Positions 35,337 to 47,380 of a stretch of 64,000 bases of DNA are shown here, one piece after another. Both the position numbers and the translations under genes were made by a program. Every line of letters begins with the position of its first letter. The first letter of the stretch is position 1. The notes under the pieces are model-generated. The model was not told where the DNA came from. It ran no database searches and saw only the letters and a list, made by a program, of their open reading frames with translations. The stretch comes from Paramoeba atlantica (taxonomy: Eukaryota > Protista > Discosea): NCBI GenBank assembly GCA_977017575.1, contig CDRNVI010000003.1, forward strand, positions 809,254-873,253, in the 5' to 3' direction.

Positions 35337-36856
35337 GCCAGGTTCCCCACCCCTTATATCGCTCGTGCCCGTCCATCAAGCAGGGTATTCCCCGGATGTC
35401 GGTTAAGAAGTTGAGAGAAATGATGAATGAGGCGACTGGTGATCGATTCGATGAGACATTGGAGACTTTATTACGTTTACCGGAACAGGCATCCACCATT
35501 CCGCTATATAAGTCGTTTTTGCCGCACAATGACATAAAGGAATTAGCAGCGGCGGGTTTCATTTCCAGAGTATCAGACGAAGAAGCTAAGGTGCGGCCGT
35601 CTTTGGATTGGGTGATACCTTTCACAGTTGTGGAACCTGGTGAACATGAACATTCCGAACGTCGTCGTTTTATAGCGTGGACGCAGGCAGATAATGATCG
35701 CATTAAGGAAATATATGAACCGTATGTCCCCGTTAGACATGCAGCGTATTATCTGCACCGCGCCAAAGAAGAAAGTGCCGTCAAACGGGATTTGGCGTGT
35801 GGGTTTTGGCAGGTCGCAATACCAGAGGAAAGTCGTCAAAAGTTTCGCTTTAAAGACGCAAAAGGGGATCTATACGAATTGACTGTAATGCCCATGGGGC
35901 ATCGGTGCGCTCCCGAGTTAATGCACACCTTGACAGCAACTCTAGCAGGTGACAGAAATTACTGTACCGAAAAGCACGCGTTCTTTTATTCCGGACTGGA
36001 CGTTTATATTGATGGTATCCGTTTTGCCGCGCGGGATGAGATAGCAAATAAGTACGCTCGTTTTGTGGATGATAGAGCAGACAGATTAAATGCCTTGTTT
36101 AAAGATCGTGGAGAGCCGCCCGCACAGATTTACACATTCAATGGAATCAAGTATTTTCACAGACAAGGGAAAGTGGCTTTAGGAGACAAAATTTCGCGGC
36201 GATTGCGACAGGATGACTTTGCTGCAGCCACTTATGCATCTTTGGAATCGGGGGTAGGCCGCCTTATTTTCGCCTCCGCTGTAATGGGTGTTCACCTTCC
36301 TCACTATCACTTGGAAATGAAAATTGTTCGTCGTCGGATTAATAATCTAAATCGCGACCCTACTTTGCTGGATAAGCCCGTTTCCTTACCGACACCGGTG
36401 CGAATCGCACTTTCGGAGTGGCGAGATAAGCTGTTGTATAAAACTCCCGTCGATCCACCTCCACACCCAGACACGGTGCCGCATAACCATATTTTGTGTA
36501 CAGACGCATCCTCTACGGGATGGGGTGCGGTCCTGTATTTGGATTACGGGCAAGTCGTTTGTGCTGGGTCGCGGTGGCCACCTGTTTTTGAGTATGAAGT
36601 CAATCGCGCAGAGGCACGCGCCGTTCGCCTCGCCTTTGGAAAATTTGGCCATCACTTTGGTAGGGATACGTGTGTAGATGTCTTCGTTGATAACACTTCC
36701 TGCGTCGCGGCATTAAATCGTAAGATGTCTAATTCGGATGGTATTACGTCGGAGCTTCGCCGTTTGTTGGATTATTTAAAGCGTAAAGGGTTGGTCGTTA
36801 AAGCCCAGTATATTTGCTCGAAGGAAAATCCTGCCGATCCGTACAGCCGCATGTAG
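35207..36856 (+). CDS. RT-RNase H (pol) of VIPER B, intact, in the -1 frame relative to gag; no YR present
   Basis: PFTVVE, RRRFIAW, KRDLACGF, MPMGHRCAPE, YIDG; RNase H CTDAS, EVNRAE, VDN, ENPAD. Confidence 0.9.
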   Translation: MLSMPQARSLSRQLPIKSIFYAFDPGFSGRGDERHNRCKEEPIGQVPHPLYRSCPSIKQGIPRMSVKKLREMMNEATGDRFDETLETLLRLPEQASTIPLYKSFLPHNDIKELAAAGFISRVSDEEAKVRPSLDWVIPFTVVEPGEHEHSERRRFIAWTQADNDRIKEIYEPYVPVRHAAYYLHRAKEESAVKRDLACGFWQVAIPEESRQKFRFKDAKGDLYELTVMPMGHRCAPELMHTLTATLAGDRNYCTEKHAFFYSGLDVYIDGIRFAARDEIANKYARFVDDRADRLNALFKDRGEPPAQIYTFNGIKYFHRQGKVALGDKISRRLRQDDFAAATYASLESGVGRLIFASAVMGVHLPHYHLEMKIVRRRINNLNRDPTLLDKPVSLPTPVRIALSEWRDKLLYKTPVDPPPHPDTVPHNHILCTDASSTGWGAVLYLDYGQVVCAGSRWPPVFEYEVNRAEARAVRLAFGKFGHHFGRDTCVDVFVDNTSCVAALNRKMSNSDGITSELRRLLDYLKRKGLVVKAQYICSKENPADPYSRM

Positions 36857-37096
36857 TCAAAATGAATTGAAAGTTCATCTAATTCAAAATATAGGTAGTT
36901 CCAAAAATATAGTATAACTTATTTATAACTTATTTATAACTTATTTGGTATATAGAATCATCAAAAAAAAAAAAAAAAAAAACAAGTTATTAAGTGTGTG
37001 GGATAAGGCAGACCGTTTTCTTGTATCTGGAGTAGGCGCCACATACGAGTAGCAGTACCTGCGAGTGGGTATGTGTTGGACTGGCGAATGGGTGGT

Positions 37097-37778
37097 CCCC
37101 GCGTTGGACCCGTTCGCAAGCTCGTTGAAAGGGAGAGGTAAGTGTATGTTATTGTCATGGGATATTTATGTTTTGTCTTTTGCGCAGCTGTGACATTGTT
37201 TCATCTTTTTTGACATAGGAGATAACTTGGAATCATGTATAGGTTTGTATATGAGTTAATCGAATGTCTTTGCGAACAATATGAAATTTGTTTTCCTTTT
37301 CTAAATATATTATGATGTAAAATTCTTGAAGTTTACGGATAGAATTTGACGAGAAATATATTTTCGAAGTGATATGGATAGGATGCCCCGCCGGGGGGCA
37401 TTGTACCTGTTTTTGTTTTAAACAATAAAATTGTGTTAATACTGATATACAAATATCCCGTAGTACGATATTCGAATATTTATAATTCAATTACTCAGGT
37501 TTACTGTTCTCGACAAAAGTTTCCCCTCCCACCAGCCCCCAAACCACTCCCCGCGTTGGACCCGTTCGCAAGCTCGTTGAAAGGGAGAGGTAAGTGTATG
37601 TTATTGTCATGGGATATTTATGTTTTGTCTTTTGCGCAGCTGTGACATTGTTTCATCTTTTTTGACATGGGAGATAACTTGGAATCATGTATAGGTTTGT
37701 ATATGAGTTAATCGAATGTCTTTGCGAACAATATGAAATTTGTTTTCCTTTTCTAAATATATTATGATGTAAAATTCT
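37097..37778 (+). repeat. 230-bp direct repeat pair (37097-37326 and 37549-37778) at the 3' end of VIPER B
   Basis: Near-identical by direct comparison. Confidence 0.9.
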
Positions 37779-40370
37779 GTTCACGAACTCCTCAAGGACC
37801 GCGATTCCGGACACACTATCCTGACAGTAGACTACTCGAACGCGTATAACACTCCACAAAGAGCGGCCATTGCACGGGCACTGCAGCAAAACAGCGCTTT
37901 CAAACCATTCATGCGGATGTTCTACTGCGAATACGGCGACCCCTCGGACTTGCTTTTCTTTGCGAACAACCGCCTCCACACTACGATAAAGAGCACGTCC
38001 GGGGTACGGCAAGGCTCTGCGCTTTCCTCTCTTTACTTTTGTGCACTACTACAAGGAGCGTTGGTGGAACTCGCCGAGTTATTCCCCGAGGTTAAAATCC
38101 GCGCCTATATGGATGATGTGACGATGTCGTCGAAAAACCGTCTTTCCCTAGAAGCAGCCTTTCTGCAGCTGCGTGAATTATCATCCGACATTGGCCTCAA
38201 TATCAACTTCTCGAAATCAGAATGGTTTGATCACGAAGCTACTAAGCAAAACAACGAACAATCATTGGCTCTCAGTTCTTTAGGGGTATCCAAGTGTGAC
38301 AAAACTATCAAAATTCTCGGCGCCTACATTGGGCAACGTGCAGAGATAAGTGCTCTTCTCGTCCGAAAACTTGAGAAACATCAATGTTTATTCCGCAGGC
38401 TACGAAAAATGGGTCCTAGCAACATCTCCCTCGCCATGCTGCAACGATGTGCACTCCCGCGAAACGATTATCACCTTCGAGTTCACCAACCGGCAGAATC
38501 CCTGGATATGGCACAAAGATTTGACACAGAAATTGCTGATATTGTAAAATATTGGTTCTTCGCAGATGACACTTCCATTCAACTAGCGTCATTACCGCAA
38601 CACTTGGGTGGCCTTGGGCTAACTCCTTCTACTCTGAAGCAGCGATACTATTTTGACACCGCACGAAAATCTATTGATGAGCAACTAATTACCCCTAAAG
38701 CTCCGGTAGGTATTCGCATGTCGAAAGATCAAAACAGAGACACGAAACCGATGCAGCAAACAGCTCGAGTACATGCATCCAAAGCCATAAAAAAAAGAAC
38801 AAAAAGATCTAGCAACAGACCTACGCAAAGACCCACGATTGGACTCCATTCTGAAGCGAACCACGACGTCATTTCGCCACCTACAATCCACTAGCGGATA
38901 TGTGAATCCCTACCTTTTCCGATATACCATTATGACCAGGTTGGGAATCAAGCTTCCTTCGATGCCGGAAAGAGCCGAGTGCCCGGGTTGTGCTGCTGAG
39001 ATGAGATCGGACGAAATCTTCCAACATATAATCGGATGCACAAAATACGCAGGAATGAACGCAACAAGAAAGCATTCATCTCTTGTACGGTTCCTAGCAG
39101 ATCTGTGCTCTAAAGCGGGCCTCCCCTCTGTGATTGAACCGCGCATGCATGCTTCCTTTTACTGCACAAAATGCAAAGCGCACATTTCTCCAGAATCGAT
39201 TGAGAAGCACCCTTGCCGTGCCCGAAGAATACGCTCTGGCCCCGACCTCGGTATTATGTGGCCACACATGGGTGAAGTACTGTATGACATCACCGTAGTT
39301 CACACCGGAAGCTTAAGCTATCGGAAGATGACTGAAACACAGCTGTTGCAAAATGCGATTGAGAGGAAAAGGAAAAAGTACGTTGAATCCGGCGGCATCG
39401 AAGAAGATTACTTTAAGTGCATTGCAATGACCGAAAGTGGTTCTTTGCACGAACACACACGGAATCTCATAGCCTCTTTTTTATAAAGAACACCTTTTTT
39501 TATAAAGAACACCTTTTTTATAAAGAACACCTTTTTTATAAAGTAGGAAAACAAGAAAAATTGCTATACGACGAAAAGGTTTTTTTTTTTTGGAAGTCTT
39601 TTTTTAAGTGGTTTATAAATGCGTACGCCATAACTTCAGCGTATACTGTTATCTCTGCCTCCTTTAGGGCCTAAAACCTTTCCCGCCTTCATACCCGTTG
39701 CCATGTCCACCTCCTTCTATGCAGGCGCCACGTGCAAAACCGATTTGGACAGGTACTCGGACCGGTTCAAGGTTATCGCTTTCGAGCTGAAGAGGAGATT
39801 TCGCGCTCGAGGAAGATAGATTTTTGACGACGGTTAAAACGCTCTCGCTCTCTTTTCCCATGGGCAGGTCGTATCGAAGACGAGCAGAAAAGGGGTTTCG
39901 GCGCTCGAGCCGCAGAACACAAGCCTTATTCAAGGGGCACAAACAAAAACGAGCCTGACCAGCGAGGCCTTTTTCGAACCTGCAAAACCCAAGACGAGCA
40001 GAAAAGGAAATTCGGCGCTCAAGTACAAGAGTATTGACGAGTTTTTTAAAGACCAAACCACGGCATTGTCGAGCACTGACGCTCCGCGAGGAACGAGCCT
40101 CCGCATCCAACCTCTGTCTCAGTCGCATGGGGCCTTTGCCCCGTGGGGTCATGGAAAGGGGGGGGACTATGTAAAGAAAAAAAGACAACAAGGTACAGAA
40201 ACTGTATCTTTATCGTTAAAGCCTCCCTCGCTAAGAGAGCGAACCTTAACGTTCCTGAAGTTCGTGAGGCATTTCAGCTTGAGATTGAAAAACTCAACGC
40301 TTATACAATTGTCTCACAGCTCCGTGACCTCCTACCGCGAGCTTCATGGCTCGGTTCCATGAAAGCTTGA
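37779..40370 (+). mobile_element. Gamma CRE-like element 3' half (frameshifted), split at LIAS|LAKR by an SL-headed insert
   Basis: GVRQGSALSSLYFC, AYMDD, REL SGPDLGIMWPH; resumes at 40226 with SLAKRANLNVPEVREAFQLEIEKL. Confidence 0.85.
39477..40219 (-). mobile_element. ~740-bp SL-headed retrocopy with an 18-bp-repeat tail; AGCCTC target duplication
   Basis: 36-nt SL at 40186-40221; TSD at 39471-39476 and 40220-40225; tail (AAAAAAGGTGTTCTTTAT)x~3.5. Confidence 0.8.
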
Positions 40371-40540
40371 AAAGGACGATAGGACACAAGTTTGCGTGAT
40401 AATCTTTTTTGTTGGTGTTTCAGAAATGCGAAATTTGATGAATGTACCTGATTATACAGAAGAAGAAAAAAAAGAAGTCTGATTTACGACCATCGTTTTT
40501 TGTTTTTTAGACCTTTAAAAAAAAAGACCAACGTTTTTTG

Positions 40541-40668
40541 TTAGACCAACGTACGTCCAAGAAACTATTTGCTACGATAGTTTTTAAAAAAAGACAAAAT
40601 AGATGACCAGTCCAACACCGTGCCCTTTACAACGACGAAAATGAATCAAACCTACGTTCCAAGGAAAC
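40541..40668 (+). repeat. ~127-bp fragment of the beta 3' UTR (second copy at 45506-45633)
   Basis: Near-identical direct repeat. Confidence 0.85.
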
Positions 40669-40696
40669 TATATCAACTTTTACGTAAAATCTCCTA

Positions 40697-41485
40697 TCAT
40701 AAAACCTTCTCAATCTTCTTGTCCACTACCTTTCCCCGGCTTATGTGATCAGCCGGATTATCCAATGTAGATACATACTTCGCTTCAACACAAATCCCAT
40801 TCTTCTCAGTCTGGCGCAAAATCTCTCGTAGCTGCGTTGAAACGCCCTCTGATTTAGACAATCTCTTGTTCAACGCTGATTCGCACGATGTGTTGTCGAC
40901 GAAAATGTCAAGGCAGGTTTCACGGGACGAGTGTACCACAATTTTTTCCAGGGCCAAGCGGACTGCCATTGCTTCCGCGCGATTTACTTCATAGTCGAAA
41001 CCCTTGGGCCACGACTCACCGGTTATCAGCACCTCCCCGGAATCGAGGTATATAATGGCTCTCCATGTCTTCACCGAGGCATCGGTGTAGAGCCTATGAC
41101 GGTGAGGAACAATATCGGGGTGCGGAGGTGGAGATCGGGGCAGATTATCCAATAGCTCATTACGCCATTCGGCCAGAATGGTGCAAGTGCCTACGGGGAG
41201 ATCGACTAGCTCGATTAAATGCGGGCACCGATTTAATAAATTAATTCTTCGCTGTGCGACCTTCAAAGTAAAATAAAAGTGCGGCATGTTCAGCCACAGA
41301 ACTGCAGATCCATAGAGTAGACGCCCCACCGCTGCCTCGAGATCAGCAAAAGACAGTTTGTGGAACTTGTCTTTGCGCAGTTTATTGACCACTCTCGGTC
41401 CCAGGCAGACCGTATGGTTTTCATATCTAGCGAATAATTTTAGTAATGCATCTATTAAGGAAATGTTATAAGATGTTCCTCCCAC
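40697..41485 (-). pseudogene. VIPER-like RT C-terminus/RNase H fragment
   Basis: LEAAVGRLLYGS, LYTDAS, EVNRAEA, FVDN, DNPAD. Confidence 0.85.
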
Positions 41486-41580
41486 GGGTGAGAAAACGCA
41501 AAGGATGTCGAGGCCAAATTACAATTAATAGAGTGCTAGTTTATGCGTAACCCTGGTTTCGTTGTTGTTGTTGTTGAACT

Positions 41581-44500
41581 GGGCCGTTTGACTCCGAAGA
41601 GTTAAGACCCCTCGACTCTCCAAGTGGGAAGGTCCGATATATCGGTCGAAGTCAGCCACAGCAAGCTGTGACTGGCGCTCCACTATATCAAAAACGCCAT
41701 TCTGTCGTCCAGGTTTTTCAGTCGAAGAGTAAACAGCTCTCTCCATCTCAAAAAAGTATCCAACAAGAGCACTGGAAACCAACTCTTCACCACCCGGAAG
41801 GGAGCATCAAACTGAAGACTAACACTGCAAAAACAACAGCCTTCACCACAAGCAACAAAGAGCTGACGTACGCAGACGCAGCCAGACCCCCGCCAAAAGA
41901 TCCTGAAACTCTTGATGAGCTCGTAATGCGCCCATTAAATCCGTCATCCATAATCATGGAAAATCTCCGTCGCAAACACACACAACAAGAGGTTCCAACA
42001 GCTCAAAACGGTTACGAGAACGACGCTTCACGAGGGCAACATGGAAATCACCACGAGGCAACATTATCAAGCAGAGTCCCAATCGTCGAACATCTTAGCG
42101 CCGACATTGAGTTTACTCCATTTACGAAGGCAAACATACGATCCGAGGAGTTAAATAACGATGCTGAATTCCACGAATGTGAGTCTCCGACGACTAACCG
42201 ACCCAGCGAAACCCCATCGCCACCAAGCCCCATAGGCATTGCTGATGAACATCAGGGCGCGTCGGCTATAACCTTTGACGGAAAGATCAACAGCGAAGAT
42301 TTTGAGAACATCATCAAAACGATAAAACCGGAAACACAGTTCCCAATCCCCTCCATAGAAATTATCCAATCTCTCTCACATGTCAAAAAAGGATCGGTTT
42401 GCACTATTGCTTGGACCTTCGATCGGCAATCGAACCTTAACATCTCCGAAGGAATAGTCACAAGAACAAGTTGCAGAGCCAACAAAAAGAAACTCTCCGT
42501 TCAATACAAAGGTATTAAAGGTCACCATATGGGCGAAACATTCGACGGCTTTCTTCCGCCACAAGAAAACGTACGGATTTATCACATACGTTGGCACCAC
42601 GCACTACCAGAATCAGATGAGACTGGCATACACTCAGAAGTAGATTCCACCTCCAACAAAACAGCATTTCACATACGTGATTGGCAAGGTGACGACGTCG
42701 ACCACCTTCCCATTCCCACGGCTAAAACGATAAGTCCAGATTTCGTTCCGAGAGTGATTGCCATTTATCGAGACATCATGCAACTGTACCAACAGAGCGA
42801 TTATCCGCAAAGAAACAAGATCTGGCATCAGGTCCTATCCGCCATGAAACTCTCCTTAGCAGAGGTTCGACTAACAAATGCGAAGCAAAGGCGTCGCAGA
42901 CCTCCGCAAGACACGTACACAGACAAAGCGGAAGAGGAGTCAGAAGTCAAAGAAGATCGTAGGGCTATTAAACGAGCAACTCGTCTCGCTTTGGAAGGTT
43001 GCACCTCCAAAGCTACTAAGGTACTAGATCGTTCCTTTCAACGTCATTCCCTAACGGATCAAGAAACTATACAAAAACTACGGGCCTTGCATCCGGAACA
43101 AACCTGCAAATTTAAAGTACCTGAAGATGCCCCGATTATTGCTGCGATCTCTCCCTTCGAACTCCGCAGTGCTAGCAAACGGCTAGCGAAAGGAGTCAGC
43201 CCAGGACCCACCGGTACAACTGAAAGTGTAATTAGGCTGCTAGTAGACGACGAGCCCTGCTGCGTGAGTATGTGTCATATGATGGGAGACCTGATAAACG
43301 GATTTCTTTCACGCCAGGTCATGAAACGGCTAAATAGGGCTCGCCTGGTTGCAATAGCCAAACCTGACGGAGGAGTCCGTCCTGTTGCAATTGGCGAAAT
43401 TTTCGGTAAGCTAGCCGGCCTGATTCTGCTGCAGAGGTACGAGAAATCACTTGAACCGCTTTTTTCTCCAATGCAGCAAGGAGTATTTTCGCAGGCAGGT
43501 TGCGAGAGAATCGTCCACAAACTACGCGACCGATATCTTGACGGATACACTATTCTATCGGTTGACATGAAGAATGCATTCAACACCCCATCCAGGGACG
43601 AAATGGCGAAAAGCGTTTTCGCCTTCGCAACACTGAAGCCCTTCCAGAGATTCTTCGCCGCCGAATACTCCATCTGATTTGCTATATTTTGATCCATCTG
43701 ATTTTCTATATTTTGGGTCAGATGGCAATCTTGCAAGCATTATACCGAGCTCAGCTGGAGTGAGACAAGGTTCCGCCTTAGCAAGTTTGTACTTCTGTGT
43801 GTTTTGTCAACCAATCCTAGAGACATTGGCGATGGAGTTCCCTGGTGTAGAAATAAACGCCTACATCGACGATTTAACCCTCGTTTCACGTGACCCAATC
43901 GAGCTTGAAAAAATATTCTTTAGACTGAGAGATTTGCTTAAAGTAAAACAAGTGACGCTTGCCGAAACAAAATGTGTGTGGTTTCAAGGGGTGTCAGGAA
44001 ACAGTATACCTTCGTCTCTTCAAGACCAAGGATTAAAAACCGAATCTGACGCCGTCAAAATACTGGGTGCTTACATTGGCGATAATGAATCAGTTTGTGA
44101 ACGGCTCATTCGACAAGTCAACAAGCATGAAAACGGCTTTCGAAGGCTTGAGAAAATGGGCATGAACAACATCTCTCTACTGCTACTGTGCAAATGTGTA
44201 AACGTCAGACTTCAATACCTCATGCGCGTTCACGAAGCGGACAATACGGATATTGCCACGACAAAGTTTGACCAAAAAGTTGAGAAGGTCGTGGAATCCT
44301 GGGTAGGACCTCTAACGGTCGATCAAAAGAAAATCATTCGCCTTCCACTTAGAAAAGGAGGTTTCGGATTAACAGCGTGCAACCCCAATCGAGCAAATGC
44401 TTACGCAGCTTCGCGTTTTTCGGTTCTAGAGCGCCTAAGTTCTTCTTCAGCTCGGACCGGAACTGACATGACAGCTACTCACAATTGTATTCCCAAGAAA

Positions 44501-45727
44501 ACAAACTTGAAAATTGCACCTGTTGACAATGAAACTTCTAGCGCGATTCAACATGAAAAAGTTTGGAAAGAACTGCAGCTCGATCCCGAGATCAAGCCTA
44601 TACTTCAAGCGACTTCATTCAAAGGTAACAATGACTGGTTGACTTCACATGTACGTTACATACCATCACATCTCTTTAAGCTTGCGGTTATGCCTCGGTT
44701 AAATGCTCATCATCGGAGCCTTCCTTCCAACCTTCTCTGCCCAGGGTGTGGTATTGTTCTTGACGATCGAACCGCTCTTACACACATTCCAGGATGCGCT
44801 CAATGCTCAGGTTTCAACACCACGGCGAAGCACAATGCACTTGTTACATTTCTACAGCGACTATGCCACAAAGCTGGATTGCCATGTGAAAAGGAACCCA
44901 GAGCTTTCTCGTCATGGAAATGTCTGCAGTGCGGAGATATAATTAGTCCAAGCAATCACGTAACTCATCAGAAAGTTTGCACTGGAAGACGGCTATGCCG
45001 ATCCGGACCGGATCTCGTTATTTATTGGAACAACGGCGAGGTATACTATGACTTAACCGTAATACACGAGCTTTCGCAGAGCAATAGGTCTAAAAAATGC
45101 ATCCAACTAATCAACGACGCGATCAAAAGGAAACACAACACGTACGTGCAGACGAATATTATACGAGAAGAATGCTTCCAATGCTTGCCTGTTCTGTCCG
45201 GAGGTTCTTTACATCGCAACACGCAAAGTCTGATCCATGCGATAGCAGATGCCGCCTTACTAGACCGGCAGGGGGTTGAACAGGAATTTAAACTACTGGT
45301 GCAGGAATTAAATGGTCTAGAAGTTTATTCCCACCTTCGGAAATACCTAAACGAAGAAGGCGCTACGCAGGAATTCAGTCTATAAATCAGCTCATTAGTT
45401 TTTATATCATAATACGAAATATTACACAGCTTGCAAAGTCGCGCAAGCCTTATATAAGCCTTAAAAAAAAATGAAGAGCGGTTGCGAAAAAGTAATACAC
45501 GAATTAGACCAACGTACGTCCAAGAAACTATTTGCTACGATAGTTTTTAAAAAAAGAAAAAATAGATGACCAGTCCAACACCGTGCCCTTTACAACGACG
45601 AAAATGAATCAAACCTACGTTCCAAGGAAACTCCACTTGGAGAGGAGATTCTTCCACTGAAGGAATCTAATAAATAAAACAGCTCCAGGGTAGGAGGGGT
45701 TCGCTACTCCCCAGCGTGGTTTAACAA
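41581..45727 (+). mobile_element. Beta CRE/SLACS-like element with a 20-bp TSD; single frameshift at ~43675 associated with a short tandem duplication
   Basis: ORFs 41668-43677 and 43679-45385 carry the full RT and REL; (GTT)5GAACT at 41561-41580 and 45728-45747. Confidence 0.9.
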
Positions 45728-46387
45728 GTTGTTGTTGTTGTTGAACTAATAGTCCACGTTTTGAAATTTAGCCGAGGGGCTGTTATGTATTTGCCTGCTG
45801 GCCCTTCGGGGCACATAATTTCTTCAAATTATGACTTGTGTTCTATAATTACATGGATTGGATATTCTACTATTTCTTATATATCCTTGTTAGGTTGTTA
45901 GTCGTACTACGTTTAAGTTTTTGTGCCCACCCACCAAGCCCCCAGCCATTTGGCCGAGGGTTCCGGTGGGGGGGGAACCCCGTTAACAACATGACATATG
46001 ATTTTTGGTTTTATGCAGGCTTTCTTTTGAACGAGGTATAAGCGTGTGAATTCTATCTACTATACGTTCTTGGATTTCGGGACGATTTGGATGTGTGATT
46101 ATATTAGTCATAGTTGTTTACTTATATTTGTTTGTTTACGTATATGTTTTCATGGAGCCCCTCGGCGTGGATTTCAACAACAAGTTTACTGGTTTCGTTA
46201 TGATCTTTATAAGTTTACGATTTGAAATTCAGGAGGGCAAACATTATGCTCCATACTGTTGTAGTTTTGGGCTTAGGAATATTATTCGAATTATATCACC
46301 GTTTTTTCTAATCATGAACAATTTGACATACACACAATTATTTGACTATTTTAGAGACTATTTTCATCCGAACGTTACCACTAGTTT

Positions 46388-47380
46388 TTGTTTTTCATGT
46401 CGCACCAGTTGTTTGGCACTCCTGGTGCCCCTGAAGGGATTGAGTCAGGGATCGAACAAGTTCTAAGTACGGACCAAGTTGCGAATTTGTTGCGAGACGG
46501 AAATGGAGTTGATCCCATGACTGAGAATGAAAAACAACAGTTCTCCAAGAAAGTTAGGACTTTGCTGGAGAAGGGATTTAAGGTGCAAATACAGGCAACA
46601 TGGGCCGAGCGCGGTGAAGATGTGAATCAAACTGTTGTGGGTAAAGTATACCGTAAGAAGGCGAAAAACAGTGATGAGTTTGATATTTGGGCCCTGTGGG
46701 AGGATGGTCCTGACAATGAGTATGAGTTCCCCCATCCGCTGATTGACTATTTCGCACTTTCTATCGTTAAAATTTACAAGGCGATGCCAGGTGGACAGCC
46801 GCGTGATGAGCAGCTAGCTGCGCTGGAAGGAATGCAAGTTCGTGACCCATCTAAGTTTTCTTCATTTGTTCCTTTGACGTGGGCGGCTTGGATCGACTCT
46901 CTGGATGAATTTAAGCCGCGAGAGCTTGTTCGTGAGCTGCGTGAAACTCCGGAGCTGGGAGTTCGCTTCAATCCTCCGGCACATCGTGAGCGCTTGTTTG
47001 CCATATTGGTAAAGTGGATTTATGCAGCTAGAGTGATGGAAGGATGGAAAGATGAGCAATTCATTTGTATCGCGGAAATGCTCATCGAAGAGCTTCGAAA
47101 TCATTATTGGGCAGCAGCGGGAGCTCCTGTAGAACGTGTTCAGCAGCGCCTTCACAAGGATGATGATCCTCAGGATCGTTACGGACAAATCATGACAGAG
47201 GAACAGCTGCGTGTGAATCGCCTACCACGGGTTGTGAAAGGAGCGCGTGTATGCTACAATTGTCGCCAAACTGGTCACGTTCGCGCTCAATGTCCTCGTT
47301 TGCAAAGCGGGGCACCACAACCGGTTTTTCGTGGGGGGGTGGCGAGCGGCGCCCAGACGGGCGTAAGACGCACACAATAG
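46388..47380 (+). CDS. Gag of VIPER-like element C
   Basis: CYNCRQTGHVRAQC knuckle; EELRNHYWAAAG. Confidence 0.9.
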   Translation: MFFMSHQLFGTPGAPEGIESGIEQVLSTDQVANLLRDGNGVDPMTENEKQQFSKKVRTLLEKGFKVQIQATWAERGEDVNQTVVGKVYRKKAKNSDEFDIWALWEDGPDNEYEFPHPLIDYFALSIVKIYKAMPGGQPRDEQLAALEGMQVRDPSKFSSFVPLTWAAWIDSLDEFKPRELVRELRETPELGVRFNPPAHRERLFAILVKWIYAARVMEGWKDEQFICIAEMLIEELRNHYWAAAGAPVERVQQRLHKDDDPQDRYGQIMTEEQLRVNRLPRVVKGARVCYNCRQTGHVRAQCPRLQSGAPQPVFRGGVASGAQTGVRRTQ

